Translations under genes and position numbers: made by a program
The notes under the pieces: generated by a model
The model's input: only the letters and a program-made list of their open reading frames with translations
Databases searched by the model: none
What the model was told of the DNA's origin: nothing
In this document: positions 19,979-30,213 of the stretch, in pieces
How positions within the stretch are numbered: position 1 is the stretch's first letter
Layout: each line of letters begins with the position of its first letter
Assembly: GCA_003707115.1 (NCBI GenBank)
Contig: PPNB01000011.1
Span: 124,001 to 188,000 of the forward strand
Length of the DNA: 64,000 bases
Reading direction: 5' to 3'
From: Tortispora ganteri
Lineage: Eukaryota

Positions 19979-21751
19979 ATGAGAGGATCAGAGGAAATCA
20001 GTTTACCGGCAGAATCAGCAGAAATCGAAGAAGTAGAAGCTGAAGCTTCACGAGATTTTGCTGCTGGCATACTAATAGCACAACATAATTATGGTGCAAT
20101 GCAGGATCATAGGTCTAGTATTGGCGCTGTGTCGTCAAAACCAATGACTGACGAGGATACCGTCTCATGGAATACTATAATCATTATATCATCCATGTAC
20201 CTCGGTACGTTTCTCGCTGCCTTTGACGGCACAATGGTTGCTGCTCTAGGTGGCGTTATATCGTCAGAATTTGGTGACTTCGGTGCTATTGCCTGGATCC
20301 AATCCTCTTTCCTTATAGCCTGTGCAGCCTTCCAGCCGCTCTTCGGCAAGCTCACCGACATATTCGGTCGTCGTTCAGGTCTCATATTTTGCAACATCTT
20401 TTTTGGAGTTGGTTGCGCTATATGCGGCATGGCAACTTCTGTCTGGTTCCTTGTTGCAGGTAGAGCCATCGCAGGTATTGGCGGTGGTGGTCTCACAGCA
20501 TTGAATACAATAACAACATCTGATCTTGTCTCACTCAGACAACGTGGCTTCTACCAGGGTATAGGCAATCTTGTATTTGGCGCTGGAGCAGCTCTAGGCG
20601 GAGTTATAGGCGGCTATCTCGCAGATATCATCGGCTGGCGCGCAGCTTTCCTGATCCAGGTGCCTCTCATCATTGTAAGTGGATTTATCGTTGCAATGAA
20701 GCTCCATATCCCCCCAGAAGTGACTGCAGCCCTTACAGGCCAAAACGTTCACGACGTAATTCATGCTACTCTTTCAACTCGGCTCCAAAGAGTTGACTTC
20801 CTCGGCTCCTTCACTCTCATCACTTCATTGCTACTCTTCCTTTACTCGCTTTCTTCTGGCGGCACTATCTACGCTTGGTCCTCTCCTGTCATCATAGCCT
20901 CCTTCTCAGCTTCTCTTATCGTACTCGCAGTGTTCGTATACTTGGAACTCTACGTCGCCAAAGAGCCCGTTCTGCCATTGCACCTGATGACTAATAGATC
21001 ACTACTAGGCGCAGCACTTATGAACTGGTTCACTACTATGGCAGTTTATGTCGTCTTGTTCTATACGCCAATCTACTTCATTGCTGTACTCGGAACCTCT
21101 ACCAAGGCAGCAGGCAGCCGTCTCATATCCAATTTTGTAGGCGCTTCCACAGGCTCACTTGGATCCGGTCTCTACATGCGCAAAACAGGAAAATACAGGA
21201 ACCTGAGCATCATAGCTTCTTTTTTGTACGTTATTGGCATGCTACCAATTATCTTCCTTGGTGAACATCCTAATATCTTCGTCGAATACACTGCGCTATT
21301 CCTTCCAGGACTCTGCTATGCATGTATTTTGACCACCACGCTAATTGCATTGATCGCAGCCGTGCCAGTAGAGTACCAGGCCACTACAACGTCTATTCAG
21401 TACGCGTTCCGTGGCACTGGTTCCTCAATTGGAGTGACGATCGCTGCATGCGTATTCCAAAACGTACTCAAGCGCCAGTTGTACGCTAGAGTTACAGGAC
21501 CCGATGCAGAGGGTATTATAGAATCAGCACTAAAGAGCATTGAGGTGGTATCCAAACTGCCCGAACCGGCCCACTCGCAGGTCGTTACCAGTTACTACAC
21601 TGGCTTGCAGAGTACATTTATCTGTGGCACATGTCTCGCAATCCTATCGTTCCTGTTCTCGTTTCTCATCAAGGACTACCACCTGCATACCACAGTGCAA
21701 AGATCGGAAGCACCCACAGAAGCCTCAGAAACCACACCGTTAACTGCCTAA
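19979..21751 (+). CDS. MFS transporter, DHA2/VBA-like (possibly vacuolar basic amino acid transporter)
   Basis: About 14 TM segments; FLAAFDGTMVA, QPLFGKLTDIFGRR and GRAIAGIGGGG motifs; C-terminal ETTPL. First ATG at 19979. Confidence 0.88.
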   Translation: MRGSEEISLPAESAEIEEVEAEASRDFAAGILIAQHNYGAMQDHRSSIGAVSSKPMTDEDTVSWNTIIIISSMYLGTFLAAFDGTMVAALGGVISSEFGDFGAIAWIQSSFLIACAAFQPLFGKLTDIFGRRSGLIFCNIFFGVGCAICGMATSVWFLVAGRAIAGIGGGGLTALNTITTSDLVSLRQRGFYQGIGNLVFGAGAALGGVIGGYLADIIGWRAAFLIQVPLIIVSGFIVAMKLHIPPEVTAALTGQNVHDVIHATLSTRLQRVDFLGSFTLITSLLLFLYSLSSGGTIYAWSSPVIIASFSASLIVLAVFVYLELYVAKEPVLPLHLMTNRSLLGAALMNWFTTMAVYVVLFYTPIYFIAVLGTSTKAAGSRLISNFVGASTGSLGSGLYMRKTGKYRNLSIIASFLYVIGMLPIIFLGEHPNIFVEYTALFLPGLCYACILTTTLIALIAAVPVEYQATTTSIQYAFRGTGSSIGVTIAACVFQNVLKRQLYARVTGPDAEGIIESALKSIEVVSKLPEPAHSQVVTSYYTGLQSTFICGTCLAILSFLFSFLIKDYHLHTTVQRSEAPTEASETTPLTA

Positions 21752-22401
21752 TTATACAGATATTCCCACTTATACTGTGGACTAAAAGTCACCGGACTAT
21801 TAAGTGAAACACTGCGGCTGTTAGACTTTATGAGGATATCACAGTTGCTCGGAGAAAGTACCAGGTTGCTGAACCAATCAGGTGTGGGGAGAATAATGAT
21901 GCGGGAATGACACTACCCCGCTCAATATATCGCAACTTTCTCTAGCAGAACCACCATCATATCAAATCACACGACGTTCGTCTCGATTGTACATATTGAG
22001 TTTACATAATTCAAATACTCGCTCGATGTTTTGGCTATTAAATTAACCGCGAAATCTGGCGTCGTGCCCCATTTCTGCAGGATGGTTTGATTCGGACAAA
22101 GGGCCATTTCAAAAGGTTAAGCGAATTACAGTTTGGTGGTACCCACTAATAAGCCCAATTGCTCAAGCGGAAATGTATATATAGACTAAAACTTCGAACG
22201 GTCACCAGGAATTTTATCTTTCTTTTACTTATTTCGCGCCATCTTTTGCTCGCGAGATTCTGTCGATTTTAATTTCTTATCATAGACGATAGTCGAGATC
22301 CTATAGACACCAGCTTTACTCTCGTCGCACTCTTTCCGGAAAATTGACTTCTGTATTATAAAGTCTGGCCGACACCGAATTCTGTATAGCCACCAGCCCC
22401 G

Positions 22402-23646
22402 ATGTCTCAATTTCACGTAAACGCCGCCCCGCCCGACCCGTTATTTGCACTAGTAACCGCTTACAAGCAAGATACCGCTCCGAATAAAGTCGATCTATCG
22501 ATTGGTGCATACCGCGATGACAATGGAAAGCCCTACATCCTTCCTGTCGTTCGCAAGGCTGAAGAACTTGTCAAGCACGATTCATCCTACAATCACGAGT
22601 ACTTGCCCATGTCTGGTCTTCCTGAGTTTACATCTGCTGCTGCAAAGCTGCTATTTGGCGCTGATGCCGCTGTCCTGGCCGAAAATCGTGTAGCTTCCGT
22701 CCAGACTGTTTCAGGTACCGGTGCCAACCACATTGCTGCCTTATTTATTAAAACTTATAAACCAGAAGCATATAAAGGCGAAAACATGGTCATTTACGTT
22801 TCAAATCCTACTTGGGCCAACCATAAGGCAATAATGAATCACGCTGGACTCGAAGTACGCGAGTACCGCTACTACGACTCAAAAACACTCCGCCTCGATA
22901 TCGATGCCATTCTCCACACTCTCGAGACAGCTCCTGCTGGCTCTGCTGTCCTTCTACATGCATGCGCCCACAATCCTACAGGAATAGACCCCACTCAGGA
23001 GGAATGGAAGCAGATCGCTGATGTCTGTGAACGTCGCAACCTTTTTCCCTTCTTCGATTCTGCCTACCAAGGGTTTGCCTCTGGCGATCTTGAAAAGGAT
23101 GCATGGGCCGTCAACTACTTTGTGTCACGCGGATTCGAAATGCTTGTCTGTCAATCATTTGCTAAGAACCTCGGCCTTTATGGGGAACGTACAGGTGCCC
23201 TACATGTCATACTCAAGGACCCTGTCGTCGCTTCGAATGTTAAAGGTCAACTCGCTAAGATGACGCGCTCTGAAATCTCAAATCCTCCGGCATACGGCGC
23301 TAGGGTGGCTGCTAAGATCCTCGCTGACCCTGAGCTATTTAAGCAATGGAAAGACGAAGACCTTCCCGCCATGTCTCATCGTATCATTAAGATGCGCAAA
23401 GAGCTGTACCAGAAGCTGGTCGATCTGAATACTCCCGGCACTTGGAATCACATTGTTGATCAAATCGGTATGTTCAGCTTTACAGGATTATCACCTGAAC
23501 AAGTCAAGAGACTCATCAATGAATTTCACGTCTACCTCGCTGCCAACGGACGAATTTCTATGGCCGGGTTGAATTCTCACAACGTCGACTACTTCGCTAA
23601 AGCGGTGCACGCTGTTGTTACAGATGAAGTCTCTGCGGCGCTCTAA
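22402..23646 (+). CDS. AAT2: Cytosolic aspartate aminotransferase
   Basis: KVDLSIGAYRD, LHACAHNPTG, FFDSAYQGFASG and the PLP lysine in QSFAKNLGLYGER. No presequence. Confidence 0.95.
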   Translation: MSQFHVNAAPPDPLFALVTAYKQDTAPNKVDLSIGAYRDDNGKPYILPVVRKAEELVKHDSSYNHEYLPMSGLPEFTSAAAKLLFGADAAVLAENRVASVQTVSGTGANHIAALFIKTYKPEAYKGENMVIYVSNPTWANHKAIMNHAGLEVREYRYYDSKTLRLDIDAILHTLETAPAGSAVLLHACAHNPTGIDPTQEEWKQIADVCERRNLFPFFDSAYQGFASGDLEKDAWAVNYFVSRGFEMLVCQSFAKNLGLYGERTGALHVILKDPVVASNVKGQLAKMTRSEISNPPAYGARVAAKILADPELFKQWKDEDLPAMSHRIIKMRKELYQKLVDLNTPGTWNHIVDQIGMFSFTGLSPEQVKRLINEFHVYLAANGRISMAGLNSHNVDYFAKAVHAVVTDEVSAAL

Positions 23647-23849
23647 TGACTGGTATGAAACTACCTTCCTCATTGCTCTAATATTTTCCTTCTTATGATT
23701 TATACACAGTAAAGTACAAGTCTGATAACAGTAAAAACATTTCTCGTATTGTACTTGCAACGTTCTTACATTGATTGATATACAATCTGCATTTGATCAT
23801 CAAACCAAATAATATTAATAGCTAAAATAGAAAACGCTACAATCATAGC

Positions 23850-25621
23850 CTACCGAGATTCCCAGGCAGGAAAAGATCGTCGAGACTCTTGATCAATCTT
23901 CCATTTTCCGATACCGTCATCCCAACCCACAACTAGTTCTGCACCTCCATCGCCAGCAAATGCAAGACCGCTAAGTTCCTTTTCCCTAGTATATACTGGA
24001 TGTCTGGATCTTGGGTTTGCAGGTGATGATCTAAACCCTCGCTGCCTTGAAACGTCCCTAAATTCGGCAACAGACTGAATCAGGTTAGAACCGCGACTAA
24101 CAAATTGTCTTGACTCAGACGACATACCTTCTCCTTCGTAAAACTGTGGAAATCTTCTTTGTGAAAATACAGAACCCCTACCAGGTGATACTACTTGCGC
24201 TCTTCGATCTAATTCGCTTTGCACATTGTTAGCAGAGTATGCAGTGAAAGGTGCTTCCGATGTTTCAGAGCTAGAACCGTTGGCATCGAGCACGGAACTA
24301 TTCGAAAAGTTGCGCGTGTCAATTAAATGTATGCGTCCAAACTGTTCAGTAATAGCCAGCAAATCAAGGTAAGAATTGCTAAATTTCAGACATCTGAATG
24401 CGCCACGAGGCTCATTGCGCGCTCTGCTGGACCTGATAACCGCTAATGGTTCGTAATTTATAGGTGGGAAATGCTCATTTGTGTAAATATTTGAATCCAA
24501 AAGCATTCTATCAGACAGAGATGCTCCGCCAGAATCGTAACGACCAGCAGACGCAGAGGTAGCATAGTTTTCAGACTCTCTTGCCGCAGCCAGATACGAT
24601 GTCGGAGGTTGCGAGGGCCTTCTCCTGTGCAAAGGAGGAGAAACGTGCAGAGAGTCCAAAACGCGAGACGTGTTGTCTGCAGGAACAGCCGTTAAAGAAG
24701 AAGGACGGCGAATCAAGGAGGGCATATAACGAGTATCGTATACAAATGCGAGGCCGTCCTGCGAGGAGATGGCCAAAAGGGAGCCCGAGGGCGAAAAGGC
24801 CGAAGAGAAGCCGCAGTCAGAATCGTTAACGCTCGCACCTACAGGAGTCCACTTGGTTGAGCTACAGCCGTGCGACCAGTTTGGTTTTTCCTCGGCATGC
24901 AGCAAATAGAGCTCAGAAGAGTCGCCGACGATAGCTATTGTCTTCTTGTCGGGTGAGATGGAGGCGTGATTAGGCGGTACTGGAACTTGAATAACCTGTT
25001 CTGGGGCATATGATTCAGAAGTGAGGCGAATAATATGCAGAGTTCGGTCATTATTGCATATAATTGCATTTGCCTCAGAAGGAGAGGTGGAGTAGAGGGT
25101 GATGGCGTTGTTAATGTAGCCACCAAGAGAGAAGCTATGATGTGGATGCGGACGACCATGATCAACAAGCGAGTTAGCACCTATACAATTTTTGTTATAT
25201 TCAGGGAACATGAGTTGATTGGACCGGTCGAATGAGTCAATTATTGGATCTTGTCGAACCTTCGAGAGGGCGAAATGGCCGTGGTTGACGCCCCCAGCCA
25301 AAACGTAGCCAAAACCGGAAGATATGCAGCGAGGTTCAAACGGTAAATCATTCATTAAAATATCAATTCGTCCATTTTTCAAATTCAACGCATTTATAGC
25401 GGTACCTGATACATAGTAGACCTCGTTCGGGTCATGGCACGACGGGGTTATCAGATTGCGCAACTGCCAGTGCTTTACGGTGAGTCTGGCTTCAAAGCTC
25501 TTGCCGCTTTCAGGTACAATAAACCCTGGAGCAGTTTGTCCGCTGCTACTAGATGTTAGTAAACAATTAAATCCACTTTATGCTTTAAAAGTCGTACATA
25601 CCTATCAAAATCTATCGTCAT
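23850..25621 (-). CDS. DUF2415 WD40-like protein; two exons (25621-25602, 25548-23850)
   Basis: The frame upstream of the TTG at 25463 encodes the family motif HWQLRNLI. Splicing a 53-nt intron joins it to MTIDFD. Also GAFRCLKFS and DLLAITEQFGRIHLIDTR. Confidence 0.85.
25549..25601 (-). other. Spliceosomal intron (53 nt) in the DUF2415 gene
   Basis: GTATGT donor, TACTAAC branch point, ATC, TAG acceptor; phase 2 restores the frame. Confidence 0.88.
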
Positions 25622-25836
25622 TAGCGCCAAATCAAGTGGCCAACTAACGCTCGGCTTTTACACAAATCGCTCGACAAGCAAATCCTATATCGTTCTCCAA
25701 ATAACTCAGACAGGTATAAAGCAACCGTCAAAAGTACCACGTAAAGAAAAAAAAATGCAACTTTGGTCAAAAAAGCAGTGGTAGCACGTAATCGCTGAGG
25801 CTGATTTACTGCTACTTGAAGGCAACGTCTATCTAG

Positions 25837-25846
25837 GTCACGTGAC
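25837..25846. promoter_or_regulatory. Palindromic E-box GTCACGTGAC (Cbf1/bHLH-type)
   Basis: Perfect 10-bp palindrome upstream of the DUF2415 gene. Related intergenic sites at 3413-3422, 42791-42800 and 30091-30102. Confidence 0.5.
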
Positions 25847-25983
25847 AATGAATAACCCGCATTTTGCGGGGTTAAGGTTCGGCCCCGAGGAAAGCGGGAA
25901 ACGTGTATATACAGGCCACTACTACTAGATAGATAACTTTTTAAACCTATTGGAATCGATATATACTAGATACTGTGAATATT

Positions 25984-28900
25984 TTAAAGCTTGTTTGAAC
26001 CGGATCCGGGTGTTCCGAGTTCGATTGCTCCACCAGTAATAGCGAAAACGTTGCGTTCAATAATGCGAGTTTGGAAAATGACCTTGTTGCCTTCTTGCCA
26101 GGCTTCAACACGAAGGGTATCGCCAGGAATAACCATGTTCGAGAAACGCACTTTGATGTTCTTGAACATGCCGTACTTGCGGTATAGCATCAGCCCAGAC
26201 ATACCGAACGAGCTCAAACCATGAAGAATAGGTTCCTTCAGACCTCCGCGTCGCGCAAACTCAGGATCAATGTGTAGAGGGTTCAAGTCTCCAGATAAGC
26301 GGTAAACAGCATTCTGGTCCATATCAACCTGCAGCGATGAAACAAAGTCAGGAGCACGACTAGGAGGCTTGTTAGCAGCAGTGGCATTTCCACGGTTGGA
26401 AAATTCCTTTTGTCCACCCCATCCGCCAGCACCTCGGCAGAATATGGAGCTCTGGTTGCGGAAGTACACTTTGCCGGTGTTTTTGTCCTTAGTTTCTGAT
26501 CCAACAACAATGACAGCGGCTTTGCCCTTGTCAACAGCCTCAGTGAGCTTTGGTGTAGACACCAAAGAACCGTTCTTGGGCAGAGGCCAGTTAACAATCT
26601 CAGCGTACTGCTCTCCGTGGAGCACCATATGCAAAGAGAAGTTCGGGACAATCTCCGAATAGTTTAGATTAGCAAGGAATGGAGGAATAACAGCAAATGT
26701 TGGAATAACAGTGAAGTTTTTGTTACCCTCATACACTAGATCGAGATCAGTCTTCTTAGCTCCAATACCCAAATTGTATAAGATAAGATCACGGAAGCTG
26801 TAGTCGTAGACAACTTGCTGGCCCTTGACAGGGCCCGGCTTAAAGTTCTTAGGGTCAACTTTCTTGCCATCTGATCCTAGTCCAGTGACTTCTTTAGGGA
26901 AAGGAATGTGAATGTGATTTGATCCGAAGTTGTGAAGTTCAACAGCACCGCCAGTTATGGCAAGTAAGTTACGCTCAACAATGCGGGTCTGGAAAATAAC
27001 CTTGTTACCTTCCTTCCATGCTTCAACTTGCAGGGTTTCACCAGGATATACCACATTAGAGAAGCGAACCTTGATGTTCTTGAACATTCCGAACTTCTCG
27101 TATAAAAGCTTGCCAGAAATTCCAAAAGAAGCAAGGCCATGAAGAATAGGCTGGGGAAACTTTCCAACAGCAGCAAAAGCAGGATCAATATGCAAAGGAT
27201 TATAGTCACCAGAAAGCCTGTAGATAGCAGCTTGGCTTTCTTTAGTCTTTTGCGACGCAACATAGTCAGGAGAGCGCTTTGGCGGCGTGTTAGCAGCAGT
27301 AGCAGCACCACGGTCAGAGAAGTTTCGTTGACCACCCCAGCCACCAGCACCTTTAATGAATGTAGTGCTTGAAGTCTTGAAGTAGACCTTTCCTGTGCTC
27401 TTGTCCTTAGTTTCACCGGCAGTAACTACAACACCTGCCTTGCCCTTGTCGACAGTTTCGACCAAACTGGGTGTTGTAACAAGAGTTGCAGAAGCTGGAA
27501 GAGGCCAGTTCACAATTTCGCAATATTGTTCACCGTGAAGTAGAAGGCGCATATCAAAGTTCGGCACAAGCTCTTGCATGTTAACGCTAGCGCCAAACGG
27601 AGGAATAACAACAAAAGTAGGGAGCACCTCAAAATCTTTATGATGTTCAAATACCCACTTCGTATCCACAGCACGAGCACCGATTCCTAGGTTGTATATA
27701 ATAAGATCTCTGAAATTATAAGAGTACTCCTTGGGGAATACCTTGACGGCGGCAGGTTTGAACTTGGCAGGATCTACTTTGGGGGCGACCAACAAGCCGC
27801 CTCCAGGAACTGCAGAGTTCGTATCTGGCCCGCTCAAAGATGCGTTTTTAGATCCGGCTTTTTTTTTTTGCGCCTGGTTCTCAAAAGCAAATAGTTTATG
27901 AGCGTTGGTCTCAGTGCTGAACTTAGGGTTCGAGGTGCGACCGTCGTCAAACGAAGCAATCTTCTTCCAGTTGGCTTGGACATCTTCCGGAGTGAAGAGC
28001 TTGTCAAAGTAGTGACCTCCAGATGATTGGTAGCGGGTAGCACCGGTCCATCCAGAGCCGACTTCGAACAAGTCTCCAGTGCAAGGGCACTTGTCGGAGC
28101 ACAACAGCACAGAAGTGGGAGCAACGTACTCAGGCTTAAATGCCTGTACCATTTCAGGAGGCATGATAGTAGCAGTCATTGCAGTACCAGCGTTTGGTGC
28201 AACAGTGTTGGCCAAAATGTTGTACTTCTTGCCCTCCAAAGCGAGGGTCTTGGTGAAGCCCAAAATACCCAATTTAGCAGCGGCGTAGTTGGCCTGACCA
28301 AAATTTCCGTAGATTCCAGAGGTAGAGGTAGTGTTGACAATACGGCCATACTTCTGTTTCAGCATGTAAGGCCAGGCAGCCTTGGTGACCTTGTAGGTTC
28401 CGTGGAGATGAACTCTGTAGACAGCTTCCCATTGAGCATCAGTCATGTTCTGGAAGGACTTGTCGCGAAGAATACCGGCGTTATTAATGACAATATGAAC
28501 AGTACCGAAGTTGTCAACGGCAGTCTTGACGACTGCATCACCGTCTTCGACGTTATTGCGGTCACCGACAGCTATACCGCCAGCAGCCTTGATCTCGTTA
28601 ACAGTATTGTCAGGGTTAGCGATATCGTTAACGACGACTTTAGCACCGAGCTTAGCTAAAAGAAGAGCATAAGCACGGCCCAAACCATTGCCACTACCAG
28701 TCACAATAGCGACCTTTCCAGTGAAGTCGATCTTCTCGCCTTGCTTGTTAGAGGGTGCATGCTTGGCATTCTCAAGTAACTTCAAGAAGTCATTAGGACC
28801 GTTGGGGTACTGAGGGTTAGAGAAATCGGTGATCTCAGCCCATTTGGCTTGGACAGCAGAAGGAGTAAGAGTATCGTCAGCCTTTAGAGTAGCGCCAGCA

Positions 28901-29652
28901 GAGCGTTCCCATCTGATCTTTCCGCAGTAGCCGGCACCGACCTCGTAGATGCCCCAAGTTTCCTTGCAGGACTCATGCGTGAGGTAAGCAACAAGAGGAA
29001 CGACGAATTCGGGTTTGAGACGCTTGAGGATCTCTGGAGGCATGACAGTCTCGGTGAGACGAGAAGCAGCAGTGGGTGCAATGGCGTTAGCAGTAATGTT
29101 GTACTTAGCACCTTCTTTGGCAAGAGTCTCAGCAAAACCGACAAGGGCAAGCTTAGCAGCAGAGTAGTTGGCTTGACCGAAAGATCCGTAGAGGCCAGAA
29201 GAGGAGGAGGTATTGATAATACGACCGAACTTCTGCTTACGGAAATAGGGCCAGGCGGCATGGCAAGTCTTATAGGCACCGAGGAGATGGACAGTGTAGA
29301 TGAGGTCCCAATCCTTGTCGGTCATATTTTTTAAGGATACATCGCGAAGGATACCGGCGTTATTAATAAGAACATGTACAGTGCCGAAAGCATTGACAGC
29401 AGTTTCGATAATCTTTTCGCCGAACTCGACAGAGTTGTAGTCGGCAACAGCGGTACCGCCGGCTTTCTTGATCTCGTCAACAACAGTGTCAGCGGCACGA
29501 GTACCGGCACCTTCACCATTGAACGAGCCACCCAAGTCGTTCACGACAACTTTGGCGCCTCTGGAGCCGTAGAACAGGGCATAGGCTCTGCCGAGACCTG
29601 CACCAGCGCCAGTGACGACTACAACTTTGCCGTCGTAGCGTAATTCAGACAT
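25984..29652 (-). CDS. FOX2: Peroxisomal multifunctional beta-oxidation enzyme MFE-2 with two SDR domains and two hydratase-2 modules
   Basis: SDR-A (TGAGAGLG, YSAAK), SDR-B (TGSGNGLG, YAAAK), then YRLSGDYNPLHIDP and YRLSGDLNPLHIDP. Ends -NKL. ATG at 29652 (MSELRYDGK). Confidence 0.96.
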   Translation of the reverse strand: MSELRYDGKVVVVTGAGAGLGRAYALFYGSRGAKVVVNDLGGSFNGEGAGTRAADTVVDEIKKAGGTAVADYNSVEFGEKIIETAVNAFGTVHVLINNAGILRDVSLKNMTDKDWDLIYTVHLLGAYKTCHAAWPYFRKQKFGRIINTSSSSGLYGSFGQANYSAAKLALVGFAETLAKEGAKYNITANAIAPTAASRLTETVMPPEILKRLKPEFVVPLVAYLTHESCKETWGIYEVGAGYCGKIRWERSAGATLKADDTLTPSAVQAKWAEITDFSNPQYPNGPNDFLKLLENAKHAPSNKQGEKIDFTGKVAIVTGSGNGLGRAYALLLAKLGAKVVVNDIANPDNTVNEIKAAGGIAVGDRNNVEDGDAVVKTAVDNFGTVHIVINNAGILRDKSFQNMTDAQWEAVYRVHLHGTYKVTKAAWPYMLKQKYGRIVNTTSTSGIYGNFGQANYAAAKLGILGFTKTLALEGKKYNILANTVAPNAGTAMTATIMPPEMVQAFKPEYVAPTSVLLCSDKCPCTGDLFEVGSGWTGATRYQSSGGHYFDKLFTPEDVQANWKKIASFDDGRTSNPKFSTETNAHKLFAFENQAQKKKAGSKNASLSGPDTNSAVPGGGLLVAPKVDPAKFKPAAVKVFPKEYSYNFRDLIIYNLGIGARAVDTKWVFEHHKDFEVLPTFVVIPPFGASVNMQELVPNFDMRLLLHGEQYCEIVNWPLPASATLVTTPSLVETVDKGKAGVVVTAGETKDKSTGKVYFKTSSTTFIKGAGGWGGQRNFSDRGAATAANTPPKRSPDYVASQKTKESQAAIYRLSGDYNPLHIDPAFAAVGKFPQPILHGLASFGISGKLLYEKFGMFKNIKVRFSNVVYPGETLQVEAWKEGNKVIFQTRIVERNLLAITGGAVELHNFGSNHIHIPFPKEVTGLGSDGKKVDPKNFKPGPVKGQQVVYDYSFRDLILYNLGIGAKKTDLDLVYEGNKNFTVIPTFAVIPPFLANLNYSEIVPNFSLHMVLHGEQYAEIVNWPLPKNGSLVSTPKLTEAVDKGKAAVIVVGSETKDKNTGKVYFRNQSSIFCRGAGGWGGQKEFSNRGNATAANKPPSRAPDFVSSLQVDMDQNAVYRLSGDLNPLHIDPEFARRGGLKEPILHGLSSFGMSGLMLYRKYGMFKNIKVRFSNMVIPGDTLRVEAWQEGNKVIFQTRIIERNVFAITGGAIELGTPGSGSNKL

Positions 29653-29825
29653 TGTTTCCTCTTCCAAGAATTCAATTACTTAAAAGTAGCAGGATTCGTA
29701 ATCGGAATGAACACGAACACACACAACTTCGGAAGGAGTAATGGAGAATAAGCGAACCGGCAGCTGATGATTATATATACCACCCCTCCAGGAAAAGTAA
29801 GAGGGGTAGGGTCAAGGGTTTACAA

Positions 29826-29877
29826 CCTCGGCTTTACCAAATCGGGAAAATTAACTATGCAGAAATCTGTGGGGGAA
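29826..29877. promoter_or_regulatory. FOX2 promoter: CCTCGG (29826-31) and TGTGGGGGAA (29868-77)
   Basis: Read directly. FarA-type core site plus a CreA/Mig1-like SYGGRG box; TATA-like run near 29770. Confidence 0.55.
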
Positions 29878-30213
29878 GTAGAAGAAGTAAGGTTTTTAAG
29901 GGGAAATCCGAGTGGTGTTTTTTTTGTGTGCTTGCAAGCTTTGCGGGGTGTGAGGGTTTAAGTGGCCGAAATCATTTTAACTAAAAACTTCAATAGTTAA
30001 TTCCCTATATATTATATGTTTGTCATACGATATGTGACTCAATTTGATGACTATGGCTTAGTTGGTCTGCTACCTGGGCTTGTTAATTGCTGTCATGTGA
30101 CAGGGAATAGGGTTGTAATCTTTAGTGCGCTGTAAACTCAAAAATGTGCGCAATTGACCCGTACCCCGTCCCCCACGGCCTTTCTGCGTTGATCGCTGGA
30201 TTCGAGCCTTGTC

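Noticed and set aside
23635..23660. Cryptic PTS1 on AAT2 by stop read-through
   Set aside because: The protein ends -AAL and is followed by TAA TGA; no read-through PTS1 appears. None was seen after DLD2 or MVD1 either.
28027..29643. Several 90-210 aa antisense ORFs over FOX2
   Set aside because: Expected by-product of strong codon bias in a highly expressed gene.
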